A stretch of 64,000 bases of DNA, taken from assembly GCA_040954595.2 (NCBI GenBank), contig CM082576.2, positions 12,899,129 through 12,963,128 of the forward strand. The letters are read 5' to 3'. This document shows positions 15,501 through 27,411 of this stretch, in pieces (the first letter of the stretch is position 1; each line of letters opens with the position of its first letter). Origin of the DNA: Balanoglossus misakiensis (Eukaryota; Animalia; Hemichordata). A program made the translations under genes and the position numbers. Below the pieces are notes generated by a model. The model worked only from the letters and a program-made list of their open reading frames with translations, did not search any database and had not been told where the DNA came from.

Positions 15501-16064
15501 CTCATATACCATAAGGTTGCGATAACGCTCACCGTTGACGGACAATACTTGTAACGGGCGTCGATCGATATACCCATTCTCACAAACGTAAAACGACAAA
15601 GGCTAAAATCAGAATATAACGTTTGACTTTGACAGTTTGAGTATTTCCGGCGCTGCATTTACTGTGCAGGATTAAGGCGTGACCGGCCAAGTAAAAAAAT
15701 CGCGGATAACAAGATATTGTTCGTAAACAGTCATGATAACTGACACAAGAAAACCGACAAGGAATGTAAACAATCTCTGTCTCGCCTGACGATCACGGGT
15801 ACGTACGGTACCTAGCCCATCCTACATCGGCGCTGCAGTCATTGAATCTCTGCACACACAGGACACGGCCCGTACTACACTGCGTGACATTTCAAGTGAC
15901 ACTGAGACAAAATTTACAGTAATTTCAGAGAAAATTGGTCCTTACCTAGCTATACAATTATGTGACGTTCTGTCCACTTCCCAAGTCGCAAACAAGTTCA
16001 TCGGGACGGGTTTCGCCCCCGATGAAACCGACTTGCCAGCGTGAGCCGTCTGTCGCTCCGCCAT
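7513..16064 (-). CDS. PACS: Phosphofurin acidic cluster sorting protein (PACS1/2 family), exons 1-3; the rest of the gene lies left of the window
   Basis: Exons 16064-15946 (MAERQTAHAGKSVSSGAKPVPMNLFATWEVDRTSHNCIAR), 13458-13371 (LCSLRLTRLIVLKPLESDLSSVVIAVKMQ) and 7602-7513 (SMKRTLRSNEIFIPQGGVLDTELDLSFSLQ). All have GT-AG junctions and consistent phases (2,0,0). The peptides match the N-terminal furin-binding region of PACS1/PACS2. The expected next exon (YPHFLKR...) was not found in 1-7512. Confidence 0.93.
9202..9286. mobile_element. 85-bp TTAA-flanked mini-MITE, copy in the opposite orientation to 6756-6840
   Basis: TTAA|CCCTTTCACC...GGTGAACGGG|TTAA. The internal sequence resembles the reverse complement of 6756-6840. 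Confidence 0.85.
9491..9533. repeat. Poly-C tract (poly-G on the PACS sense strand)
   Basis: 43-nt C run with one T. Confidence 0.95.
12979..13066. mobile_element. 88-bp hairpin MITE with 9-bp target-site duplication
   Basis: CCATCTATG|TAGCCTGGCCCCAGACCAGTGTGTTTTAGATA...TATCTAAAACACACTGGTCTGGGGCCAGGCTA|CCATCTATG, with 32-bp perfect arms. Confidence 0.9.
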
Positions 16065-16111
16065 CTTGTTTATTTTACTCTCGCAAGGGAAAGTTCTCGC
16101 TTTTTGCGAGA
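16059..16111 (-). promoter_or_regulatory. PACS 5' end/promoter with a YY1-type motif overlapping the start codon
   Basis: The minus strand reads CAAGATGGCGG across the ATG. The surrounding ~15.4-16.1 kb is CpG-rich compared with the PACS introns. Confidence 0.45.
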
Positions 16112-17631
16112 CTTACATATAATAAGAATATCATGACACGCATAACAATCTATCAATGCCTATGATGCATATATTAAAAACACCATCAAATCAAATCAAA
16201 TCATCAGAAAAAGTTAAAGTTACTTATAACTAACTCGAATGATTGTCCTGTATCGTTTATTCCGCTGCAAATGTCGTTCAAAGGGGCTATTACAATATTT
16301 TTGTGTGAAAATTTTACAAGTAGGCCATAATGACATAAACATTACGTCTTAATTAATATTATTCCATTCAATACTAATCAGATAATACTTTTGCGCCATT
16401 AGTCTTAATTTGCCACATGCCGTCAAACAAACACGGTCACTACACACTGACCGTGATTATTTGAACTTCCCGCGGTCCGGGAAAAGGGCGGATAATGGAT
16501 CTACGCATAAGGCGTACACGCTGATTAGATTAAAGTTTTGCAAGATACACCCTCCATACCGCGAAAGATGACGAAAAACGAGAGAAAAAATGTGTAATTA
16601 GGGGTGGTCCGTTTGATATCCGGAAGGGGGTGAGGATTTTTTTTTCTCGGGGGGATAAAGTGTCCTGGCATGCTTTTGTAGCGCATAACACAACAGAAAA
16701 AGGGTTTACTTCCAGGAACTTTGCTGTGATACATTTCACCTGGGACTAGGTATATTCGTCTCAGATTTCACCAACGGTGAATGGCACAGAATACCTTCAG
16801 TGATCGCTCTGAAGCTCCCGCCTACACGTTGGTTTTATTGCAAAATAAATTAAGTACCAGTGCATACAGTTAATAGCAATACCAAGTTATATATATAGAT
16901 GAAACATTTCATAAAAGAAAGAAGGACTTCAGTATATTCTATGACACTACAAAGTACCGTTAAATACACGTGGTACATGTACGGTAAAATTAATGGATAA
17001 CTCTGATGTTGTTTTAACCCGTCTCCATTCATATCTGACACTAACTCAAGTTGGATGTTGTTTTATTTCACCAACTGAGTCTGGTTCATGGAAACCAAAA
17101 ATACAAATTCCTAATGAAATATTGGTCAAGAAACTATCCCAGTGGTGCGTTTTTCTTGGCTCTGTGCTTTTTTTTCCGAAGGAAACACCCGACAGATTTT
17201 CAACCAGGTGAAGGCAGTGGTTGATATAGCTCTGCGTACAGGTCTGTTACGCAGGGCTATGGGTGGTAGTTTTACCCCACTCCGGACCCCCCCCCCCCCC
17301 CCCAATCAGCTGGAGTTCGACCCGGAGTTTTCGTCGGCATTCTTTGACCTATGAAAACGAGACGGTGAGATTAATCACGTCGACAATGTACCATGATTAT
17401 AATTCATAAAATCTTGATCCAAATTTCAAGGGCATGTAACTAAGGACTGTCACGAATCACAAACATTGGCCATTGCTGTGTTTATTGTTATGGTCTTTAT
17501 CTGTGTAGTACGCAGTCTATCACCATTATCACTAGGCGACCGAGATTTAATTTGCCTTTGTCGTGAGAAGAAGCTTCCATTTTTACATTGTACACATTCC
17601 CTCATATTCTCGTTTTGAATAGCTGTGGATA

Positions 17632-17803
17632 TCATTCATTCATTCATTCATTCATTCATTCATTCATTCATTCATTCATTCATTCATTCATTCATTCATT
17701 CATTCATTCGTTCATTCGTTCATTCGTTCATTCATTCATTCATTCATTCATTCATTCATTCATTCATTCATTCATTCATTCATTCATTCGTTCGTTCGTT
17801 CGT
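17632..17803. repeat. (TTCA)n microsatellite with TTCG variants
   Basis: Directly visible. Confidence 0.97.
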
Positions 17804-18743
17804 TCTAATTTATTTTAATATTTCAATCGTTCGTCCGTCCGTCATTTTTTTCCGTTTGTTTCCTTATTGTTTGTTTTATTTCTTCCTTATTCATTGGTTT
17901 ATTGTTTTATTGTGTATCTATCCATCTATATCTGTCAAATAGGTATGAATTTCATGTCGAATGAAAACCTTAAATGAAATATCTGGCTGTAGAGGTAAAT
18001 ATGAAAATTTCAAAATATTCGTACGTGCAGATGAACACGGAGATCTGAAAGTATTATTGTCACTAAGTGCAACAGCAGGTAGGTCGGGTTTATGTTCATA
18101 AGTATACCATTGTGTTCAATAGAGGCATGGTCGTCCCATGCACAAGAAAACTGGGGCAAATGGGGAGTAGAAGTTTTGTTTTAAACTTTCATTGTATACA
18201 CGAAACAAACAGTCAATGTTTCAATTTAACCTTGCTGCATGAGTGCATGGTATCTTACAAAGGTAGTAACTATTAAATCATCGACCATTTGATATTATGA
18301 TCGATTTTTGGGAGGTGGGAGAGGGGTCAATGAAGGTTGTCTATCACTATATGCTTCAGTGGTTGAAACACTGGCAATAATTTTGACATACGTCTTTGTC
18401 TTCCTGGTTTACGCCACAGAAAGATTTGCTTTTCTTTGACCAGTTGATCAGGTCCTTCCATTATGAAGCAGCGCCCTCGTCGTCCAAAGTGATAAAACAG
18501 GTGGTACATGGTTGGGTGGCCAATCGAAACAAATAGTCATTAAAAGACATTAAACACGCCTCTTTAAGCATATGTGTGCATATGTTATTTATGTTTTACT
18601 GTAAAGCGCCTTAGATAATGATACCTAAATGTGCTATATATGAATGATTAAGTTTACTGTCCCCCATTTATAGTCTGGTTAATTACTTTACACAACAACC
18701 TTACATGTGGACCTCGGTGTCATTTTCAGGTACGACGGATACT

Positions 18744-18864
18744 TCGCCATCTGGCGCTGGTAAACATTGAAGATACATCTTGGTGGCGCAAGACTAGACT
18801 GTGCAGTGGCTGAATGGAAACAGGAAAACCAGGCAATCGAGGGGAACGCAGCGCCCTCTACCGG
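18744..18864 (-). promoter_or_regulatory. Two co-oriented CTCF-like motifs between YIF1 3' end and PACS promoter
   Basis: TCGCCATCTGGCGCT (18744-18758) and GCAGCGCCCTCTACCGG (18848-18864). Their reverse complements fit the CTCF core CCnnnAG(A/G)(G/T)GGCG. Confidence 0.4.
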
Positions 18865-20222
18865 GGGACAATTGGTAAATCACATTTGGTTTTCAAAAAA
18901 TGATTAAACCACGACTATACGTTTAATGTATAACGATATCAAACATTTTGAAAGAAATATGTCCTGGTTTCAGTCAGAATTTTTTTATCATGATGAATCA
19001 ATGTTGCCCAACAAAATAGAGCTGGTTACAGGGTAAATTGGAGCTTATTCTCCTCCACTTGCACAGTTACATGTATGTTCTCAGCATTTTGGGCCACGCT
19101 CCTTGCAAGATTCTGTGACGTGGACGAAAGGCTGTCTTCTAAATTATCACACAGTTCAACTATACAAATGTCTTTTATTTCCATTTAGTCTTCACTGACG
19201 TCGGGTGCACTTGAAGTTCCAGATCAGAAAACAAAAGTTAAATATCAAGATACAGAGGGGGGAATGCAAGGGTTGTCTTTATCAATAACTTAACATTTTT
19301 GAAGAGGACTGTTTAGATCAAAGTTGCCACATCAATTTAAAAGTGGTCTTTTGGTAAAGAACAAACTCCATGACATGTGCTTTGCATCAGAAATGAATGA
19401 AATCATTCAGCACTTAATGCATTTCTTCAGAATAACAGTGAACAACTCATTTACAGCAGTTTTTCTGGCTAGACATGTTTCATTTAAACCGCATCGCCCA
19501 TATATGTACATGTACATATATGGGTTACGGGTATTAGAGACTTAGCTGTGCGTGTTGTTTGAAAGATAAAATACATGTATGGAACATAAGTATGTTGGTA
19601 CATGTATATGGGAAACAGATTCTTGTATCTTGTGTATTTCTGATTAAACAGTCATTCACCTGATAGCAATAAAGTACAGACTACTGTACAGATATGATGG
19701 CAGTCTCATTTCTAAATTACAAAATATCAAGGCATCTTCTTAATAAGTGAAAAGATAATTTATGGTTTGATCTTCGAAACTCTGTACAGGAGGCTCGTGA
19801 AAAGTTAATTGTCTCCCGCCTCTAGGAATTAACTTAATCATTATTTAAAAGTGTCATAATTTCATATATTTATTCAAATATTAAAGGTCCCCAAAAAACC
19901 TTTACTAGTAATTATGATTGAAAAACATATGTGTGGCAAGGATAGAGAAATTAAGTAAGATATGTTACACTATACAGCCATGGATCTTCAATGTTGTAAA
20001 AACATTCAAATTTGGAAAATATTCAAAAGTGTCTCGGCTTCATGACTTTGGGCTCAGTAATCTCGGTTGCTGCAAAAACTGCAACCGTTGGCAAAAAATC
20101 CCGACAGCTGGATCTCTGCTTTTCCGGTCAACATCCCCACTGATGTCATAATCCTTCGGATGGTGGGAGAGGTCTCTTCCATACAGGCACAGACATGATT
20201 TGGTCTCACTTTTGTTATGGTT

Positions 20223-23200
20223 TTAGTCTATGACTTCTCTGAATGTGCTAATGTTCGATGTCAGCCAGAACATGAATATCGGTTGGATAGCAGCCATGAA
20301 TAAGATGAGGTAGGTGCCTCTTTTCCTCCCCGAAACAACACTTTCTGGATGGCTCTCCGGCAAAATCAGCATCTTCAGTGTTCGCACCTGCAAAATATTT
20401 TTTTATTAAACATCAAATCTCTCCCATACATAGGAAATTATGGGAACACTTTATGTGGCCAAACACCATGCTCCTGTATGGGCTAAATTTCTGTATCCCC
20501 TAGATTTTTATTTGACCGCTGTAAACACTGGGCCAAGCATTGATGAATATATTCATACTGCTTTTGTGGTTAAAAAAATCCTGTTAAGAAAATGTACTGC
20601 GTTCAATAAAGGACAGATTTCTCTAAATATTTTGAAGGACAGTGATGACCTGGCACAGATAGTGTCAGTGAGCGTCTGGGGTTCATTCACTTACCAGAAA
20701 GAAAACGATGCACGTTGACATGTAAAGCAACGCAACATAGTAACCCAAGGATTTAAAAAATAACCCACTCAGCAGAACAAGGATCATCCTGGTCAAGAAA
20801 AAACAACACACACAATAATTAGCTATTATCCAATTCCAATATATCAAAGAGAAATATGCATGAAAAAAAAACAGCCTGACAACTGTTCCTGTTTAGGATG
20901 ATCATGACTAATAATACACTGTGAATCTGATGAACAATGTGTGACATAGCAAAAACTACAGAAACATGAGCAAACAAGAGAACTCTATTTTCTGCTCTAC
21001 TGCTTTATTGCACTGCCCTCTAGAGTTAGATTCATGTGCTGTTATCCACTGAGATAGAGGGGTAGTAGACCATCAAAAATAACCGAATAACAGACAAACT
21101 GCAGTACTCTCACACACCATCTCACTTGTGAGTACTCACCCCACATATTTGTAACCACAGAATGCCACCAAATCCAAGTATCTGATTTGTGATCGAATGT
21201 TCATGATATACAGTGTTAAAATGATAACTGCTAGCTCTAGTATTAGCCACACAAGTGCTGAACTGGCTTGTATGCCAAGCTGCTCTGGATCGAATCTGTC
21301 CAACAAAAAAAGAAAACAGAGATTGCAAATAAACTTTGTTGAAAGTTCAATCTGATGTACATATCGACTAGAATGTGTGAGACTTGAACTTTATTTTGGT
21401 TTCTATGGCAAGAAGATTGAAAATTTACAGAATAGCACACGTTACATCTGCTAATGGAATAAGTGTCACAAACGGTAAACACGCTATTTTGCAGCTTCAG
21501 CAGTTACAGTACTATATTTCTCTATCTCTTTTTTTCCAAGATGCAGTCTTAAATAACTGTTTCATACATCTTCAGGAACTCTCCCATCACATACCTGTTT
21601 TGTGTGCCGAGAACGTAGCCAGCAACCAAAATATATGTCACAAAGGCCATAACTGGTATGTACAAATCGGGTGCATTTATTTCATAGCGTGGTGCAACAG
21701 GTTCATCTTGATTATTGTAATGGATTGACCATTTCTGTCGATGAAAAATAAAGCACTGAGTTATGACACACACATCTACTTATAGGTTTACAATATTTCA
21801 AATTTAGGACTTATTTAATAAGAAATATGACAAGACTTTAAACACCACATGGCTCTGCATCATTTATCTCCTTTCACATGTTAAGAACCAATCTCTATGT
21901 AGTATATACTTGCACAGGAAATCCCTCCCTGCAATAATGCATGTCCTCATTTCTAAACAGATTGAATAAAACTTCATTGTCAATTTACATAATTCATAAG
22001 TTACATTGAAATTGTATCAGTATCGAATAATATCAGTAAAATGCCAGTTCCCAAGAATGGCCAAAACACTTACCGTATGTGTAAATGGAAAACAAAGCAA
22101 AGCTAACTTTTTCCCAACGTAGGACGTGTCTACTGCAAAATAGTATTTGAGTTTGCTGATTGAAACAAACCGATCAACCTGTACACAAGGTAAAATATAG
22201 GAATGCATGCACGATTAGTTAAGTACATGTATGAGTGGCAGGATTACCACAGGTAGGTGAAAATGTGTGCTTGTGCTACTGTATACATTTTCTTTACTGG
22301 AAAAGGTCTACACTCAGAGCAAAATGAAAAATCTTTCCTAGCTGGAGAAAATATGCATGACGACACAAATGTGAATATCATACATTGTACAACACACTTT
22401 ACAAGATCCATGTTGGTAAGCCTTGTTCATCTGTTGTAGGTGAAACATGGGGAAAATCAACAAACTGGTATCACTGCATTGTTCTGCAATCACAGATCAG
22501 ACTTCAAATGGCTACATTACAGTAAAACTCACATTTTGTTCCATCATCTGTCCGGCATGTCCAGCCAGTGATGCCCCATACTGCATGGCCATATTTGCCA
22601 TGGGATCATTCAGTATTTGCTGACCTGGCATCCCTGGTGCACCCATATTGTTGGCGCCCATCCCCATCGATGTATCGTATCCCGGCTGGCTTTCATACTG
22701 GGTGGGAGGTGGCTGTGTGCTGGTGTCATCAAACAGCTGTGGGGGACCTCCCTGTCGTGTGTTTTTCTGGCCCCGACTTCTCCCCTGCTTTTGAGCAGCT
22801 ATTTTGAAATATGGAACAAAATTTAGTACTGCCGGTAATACGTGAGTATGTACAGCATAAATAAACTGTTTGGTAACAACACACATGCGTATTATATACT
22901 GCAGGTTAAGTCTCTGAGCTATGAATTTTGAAGAGAGAATGGATAAAATTCTACATCTTGAATTCAGGGAGCAACTGAAAGTAAGGCAGCGGTTTGCATG
23001 AGGCAGAATCACAGACTTGATTAGCACATGCAAAGGTTATGCTCAAATTTGGCAAGCTACATGTATATTGCTCATGATCTGAGCTGCAACTTCTGCTTTT
23101 TTATTCTTAACAAAAGTGACTGTCACTCAGGTTGAGAAGGGAGTTGACTTTTCTATCTTAAAACACTGCAGTTATGAGGGCATTGTTGAGGGTTGGGGTG

Positions 23201-24434
23201 GGACTGGACTGGGGAGCATTTACTGGCTTTGCAATCTGATCTCAAGTGATACACTGCACTGTTACTGGTACAAATTTCATACAAGTACCACAATTAATAT
23301 AACACAAAGTATGCATCATTGCATGTAATGATGTTATCTAAAAACAATAAAACTGAAATAAAACCTCCATGAAATGTTAGTTCAATAATATAAATATATC
23401 ACCATAAACCATCATAAGTGTAACTGCTTGCATGCATGTGTATAAAATGCAAAAGGAAAACTTAAACCCTTCATGCTGATTGTTAGTAATAAATGCACAA
23501 TTTGCAAGATAGCATCACTATGCTTTTCTCGGTTTCAGTTTTAAACACAATGCCGTGCTGTTAAATTATCCATCACAATCTGCAGTCTGAGTCATACTCT
23601 CGTCGAAGTCTCTCGCTAAGGGACTTTGTCTACAGTAGATGTAGATGTATGACTCATTCAAGGAGTATGTTTACTGTCTGCATGTTAGAAGGTTTTTTTT
23701 CACTCGCAACAGTCTCATCCAAACCCAGAACCAGGTCTTTGGATATGGAATTAACAAATATCCAGAGAATAAATTATTGACATTGCGACCTCTGTTTTGA
23801 GTAAGGTGGGATGCACCAACTCAGTGACCTTATGGACACCACAATATCACACTGTCCTCACCTCCCACAAAAAACTGCATTAATATCAACAGCTGTACAT
23901 GTAGTACCACTATAATATACTACTAAAACTTGCATGAAACTTGTTTTTTTTTTACTTGTTAGTTGTATGTATTAGTAGTTACTGTACTGTACACCTCACG
24001 TGGGGAGATAATTAATCATGACTCGATGCCATACAGTGAGTAGCTATTAATGTTTCTGAAAATTTGAAATCCTTAGTTGGTAGGCAAAGGGCAATGACCC
24101 CACAGGCGTAATGGATACGACAGGTGGAATTCATTTCCAAGGGCTAAACTGCCATTCAGTGACAAATTTGATGGGTACCTTCACGAAATATACTGTCGAA
24201 ACAAACTTAGTATTAGAAGGAATCATCTGTGTAGTAGTTGTAAACAGAAACCATCTGTTCAAGCATGCACATCAGGTTTACTTCATTTCAACTGTCCAAG
24301 GCGTCGTCGCAACGCCAACTAAAACATTAACAAAACAACGACGGAACAACACAGCAGAGGCAAGCAGTTAACACCTAGATAACCCCAAAAGTCAACGTAC
24401 ACTTACGATGTCTAAACCCCGCGGGAGCATCCAT
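20223..24434 (-). CDS. YIF1: YIF1 (Yip1-interacting factor) ER-Golgi membrane trafficking protein, complete, 317 aa
   Basis: Seven exons: 24434-24407, 22798-22533, 22178-22074, 21734-21595, 21295-21140, 20788-20695, 20387-20223 (954 nt, open frame, TAA). Motifs: [70 protein letters not shown]. Confidence 0.96.
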
Positions 24435-24841
24435 TTGACGCGACGCTGACGGAAAAATAGATCGCTTTTCGTCGTTTCCGTAGATTTGACAGTCGTCTGA
24501 AATAGGGAAGCCTCGTTTTCATGTGCCACGAAGGAAAACCCTCCAAGTTCTCGGCAATTCTTAAAAATAAACCGCATGTTAATTTCAAACAAAGTCCGAA
24601 AATTCTATAAATAACATGACCTCGAGCGAACTTATTATCGTGGTTTAAAATTAACGGTATTGTGTTCAAGACTGACGATATGTGAATCAATTTTTATTTA
24701 GTGTCACGAAATCAATCAGACGATGAGAAAGTTAAAGGGTCGGTTTACAGTACGCATGCGCTTGTTTCACACGTGAAATTGATCAGCAGGAATCAGGAAG
24801 TGGTTGGTCATCGTCTACTATCCTTATACTTTCCAGGAGTG
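24435..24841. promoter_or_regulatory. Bidirectional promoter region between YIF1 and EXOSC5
   Basis: The two ATGs diverge with only 407 bp between them. The region is CpG-rich, with NRF1-like ACGCATGCGC (~24752), E-box CACGTG (~24770) and ETS CAGGAAGT (~24794). Confidence 0.7.
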
Positions 24842-26642
24842 ATGAACGGTGACACTTCTCATCACGAACTTCGAGTTCAGAACTGTGAACAGAATTTGTT
24901 ATCGAGACCGGATGGCTCATCTACATACAGTCAAGGTAAAAATGAAAACGCCGAAAGTACATTTGCCAGCCAACAGTTGGAACATTTCTTCTGACAATCT
25001 GTGTTGAAAGTTTCTCCATCATTCATGTAATACGTTCTTGAGGCTAGTGTTTACAATACATGGATACTTTTGCTCGACAGGAGACACGTCGGTCATGGTG
25101 GCAGTGTATGGCCCAGCAGAAATCAAACAGAGTAAAGAAATCATGGACAAAGCCACATTAGAAGTTATATACAAGCCAAAGATTGGTATTCCAGGTACAT
25201 GTAATGAAATCATCATTTGAAAACTGATTGTCTGGTGCTTCATCCCTATATGGTGCATGGGTCATGTTATCTAAACAGATTAGGTCTCTGAACAGTATTA
25301 CCTTCCTACCAGAAGAAAAAATGTGTAAATAGAAATGAACATCTATCATGAAATAATGCATTCATTCAGTCTTAACTGTCCCCTTACTATTTCAGGATGT
25401 GGTGAAAAGTTTCAAGAAAGGCTGATCAGGAACACCTGTGAGACAGTGGTGCTCACATCTCTCCATCCCAGATCTTCCATGACTGTAATTGTGCAAATTC
25501 TTCACATTTCAGGATCAGTATCCTTTTGTTTCTACATGTATGTGCCTAACGTGACGTGTATTGTGTGATGACATGTATTTATGGGGGATAGAGTTGATCT
25601 ATTACCAGTCCAGCATTCATTATTTTGATGAGACTGTCTTGTTACTGTCACTTGATACCTTGAATCCTCTCGTCCATTGATCAAAAATTGTCACTTTTTG
25701 TGACTGATCAACGACACACAGTGAGACTGAAGAAGAGAGATGCTGGTTTGGTTGCTTGGCAACAACCGTGTGTGCAGTAGTAAAACAACTTTTAATGCAC
25801 ATTTTGCCTCAATACTGCCTCCTAAGTTACTTTCCTGTTGTATAAATGGAGTGTGTATGGCAATGTTGGATGCGGGATTACCCATGAAATACCTCACTGC
25901 GTCCGTCACCTGTGCATTAGACAGTGATGATGCAATCATACTAGACCCGACAGATCAACAGGAAAAGGTGAGGAACTTTTCTGGATAGAGTCTTTTGGAA
26001 CAGCAAAGTCTTTATTTTGTGTTGTGGAGAAAAATTAGTGCATAATCAGTGCCAGAAAGAGATCTGTTTATGAAACATTTAACGAAAATACATTGATGTG
26101 TACCATTTTGAGTCCAGCTCTAAAAGCTAAAATTCTCCGATTAACTTGACCTTGACTTTTGACGAGTCATGCAACTTTGCTCTCAATGATTTTAATCCAT
26201 TAATTGATTCATTCATTGTTTTCCAGGAGTCAAAATCTGTTTTCACATTTGCCTTTGACAGTCAGCATTACAACGTCATCACATCAAACACAAAGGGCAC
26301 ATATACAGTTGAACAGGTAATGAATTAAATCTGCACATCTCGATTTGATCCCAGACATGTTCTGTTCGTAGGGTCAACATACTTTTAAATGATAAAAGAT
26401 TCTCCTTGGTTGTTGGAAAGTTGTGACAGTGTATCTGTCCTGCTATTGGTTACATATGACTTACTCCAGCACTGACCATCACAAAAACCACACAATAACC
26501 AGCTGTTTTCTATGAGTAAAAAATCATGTTTTATTCTGTTCCATTTCAGTACCATTCCTGTCTAGAAGCCTGCAGGACAGCCAGTAAAGTCATCTTTGAT
26601 TTCTTCAGAGACTCTGTAAAGAGGAAACTATCAAAGTCATAG
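24842..26642 (+). CDS. EXOSC5: Exosome complex component RRP46, complete, 217 aa
   Basis: Six exons: 24842-24935, 25081-25194, 25396-25517, 25827-25967, 26227-26316, 26550-26642 (654 nt, TAG). RNase PH-fold motifs [66 protein letters not shown] at 26701. Confidence 0.96.
25518..25826 (+). other. U12-type (minor spliceosome) GT-AG intron, EXOSC5 intron 3
   Basis: The 5' splice site GTATCCTTT is a perfect U12 consensus. A branch-like TGCCTCAAT lies ~13-21 nt upstream of the AG, and there is no long pyrimidine tract. Splicing here restores ...ISGS|LLSCCING in frame. Confidence 0.88.
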
Positions 26643-27411
26643 CAAATATTTTTAATCCTTATTTTTGCTTTTGTTTTACCATCTAAACTTTACTTTTCTA
26701 AATAAAAAGTACATTTAAGAAAAATCACGTCTGTTCTTTCAAGTGTTTAATGGGTGTTGAAAACAATTGATGATGACTTTGCATTGTCTTTGCTGTTTAC
26801 AATGATGTGAGATTAATTTTTAAAAAGGATCGTAGTTTCTACTGTTATAAGAAGTTTTTAAAAATTTCTACTTGAAGGTTCAGTCTCTAAGAAATGTTCT
26901 ACGAGTATCAAGTTTGCTGCCGTCATTATTAATTTAACGTTGACGTTGGTGGCGCCCTTGTCCCTACCCAGATACCCAACACCGGCCACGCCCATTTGCG
27001 TGCACCAAGTGGTGTCTGCGAGTTTTCTGCAGAAAGGTGATTATATACGGCCATGGACGTATATACGCGAGTTTTTCTCGTTTATCCGTGACAAACTCCA
27101 AGCACCAATCATGCACAATGTTGTATCATGCATGGAAGTACCTGTGGTACTTCCATATTGTACGCGGTTGTTGAAAACGGGCTATGGACCAAACAAGGTA
27201 TCATAGAAGCTTTTTCAACCTAATCCTTGAAGGCTGTGTCAAAATGTCGGTAATCAGGATATATCGTGCGGAGGACTTTCAGTTTTCATCAATAGAGAGC
27301 GCGTGTAATAGCTGCGATAGGCTTCATCATGCGTCCTCGAAAAATGTCCGCTTCAAAGAGACAATACAAGGCTACTGAAAAAAAGTCGATTTATACAAAC
27401 ACTAATAAATA

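Noticed and set aside
17310-17325. B-box-like GGAGTTCGACCC suggesting a tRNA or SINE
   Set aside because: No cloverleaf or correctly spaced A box.
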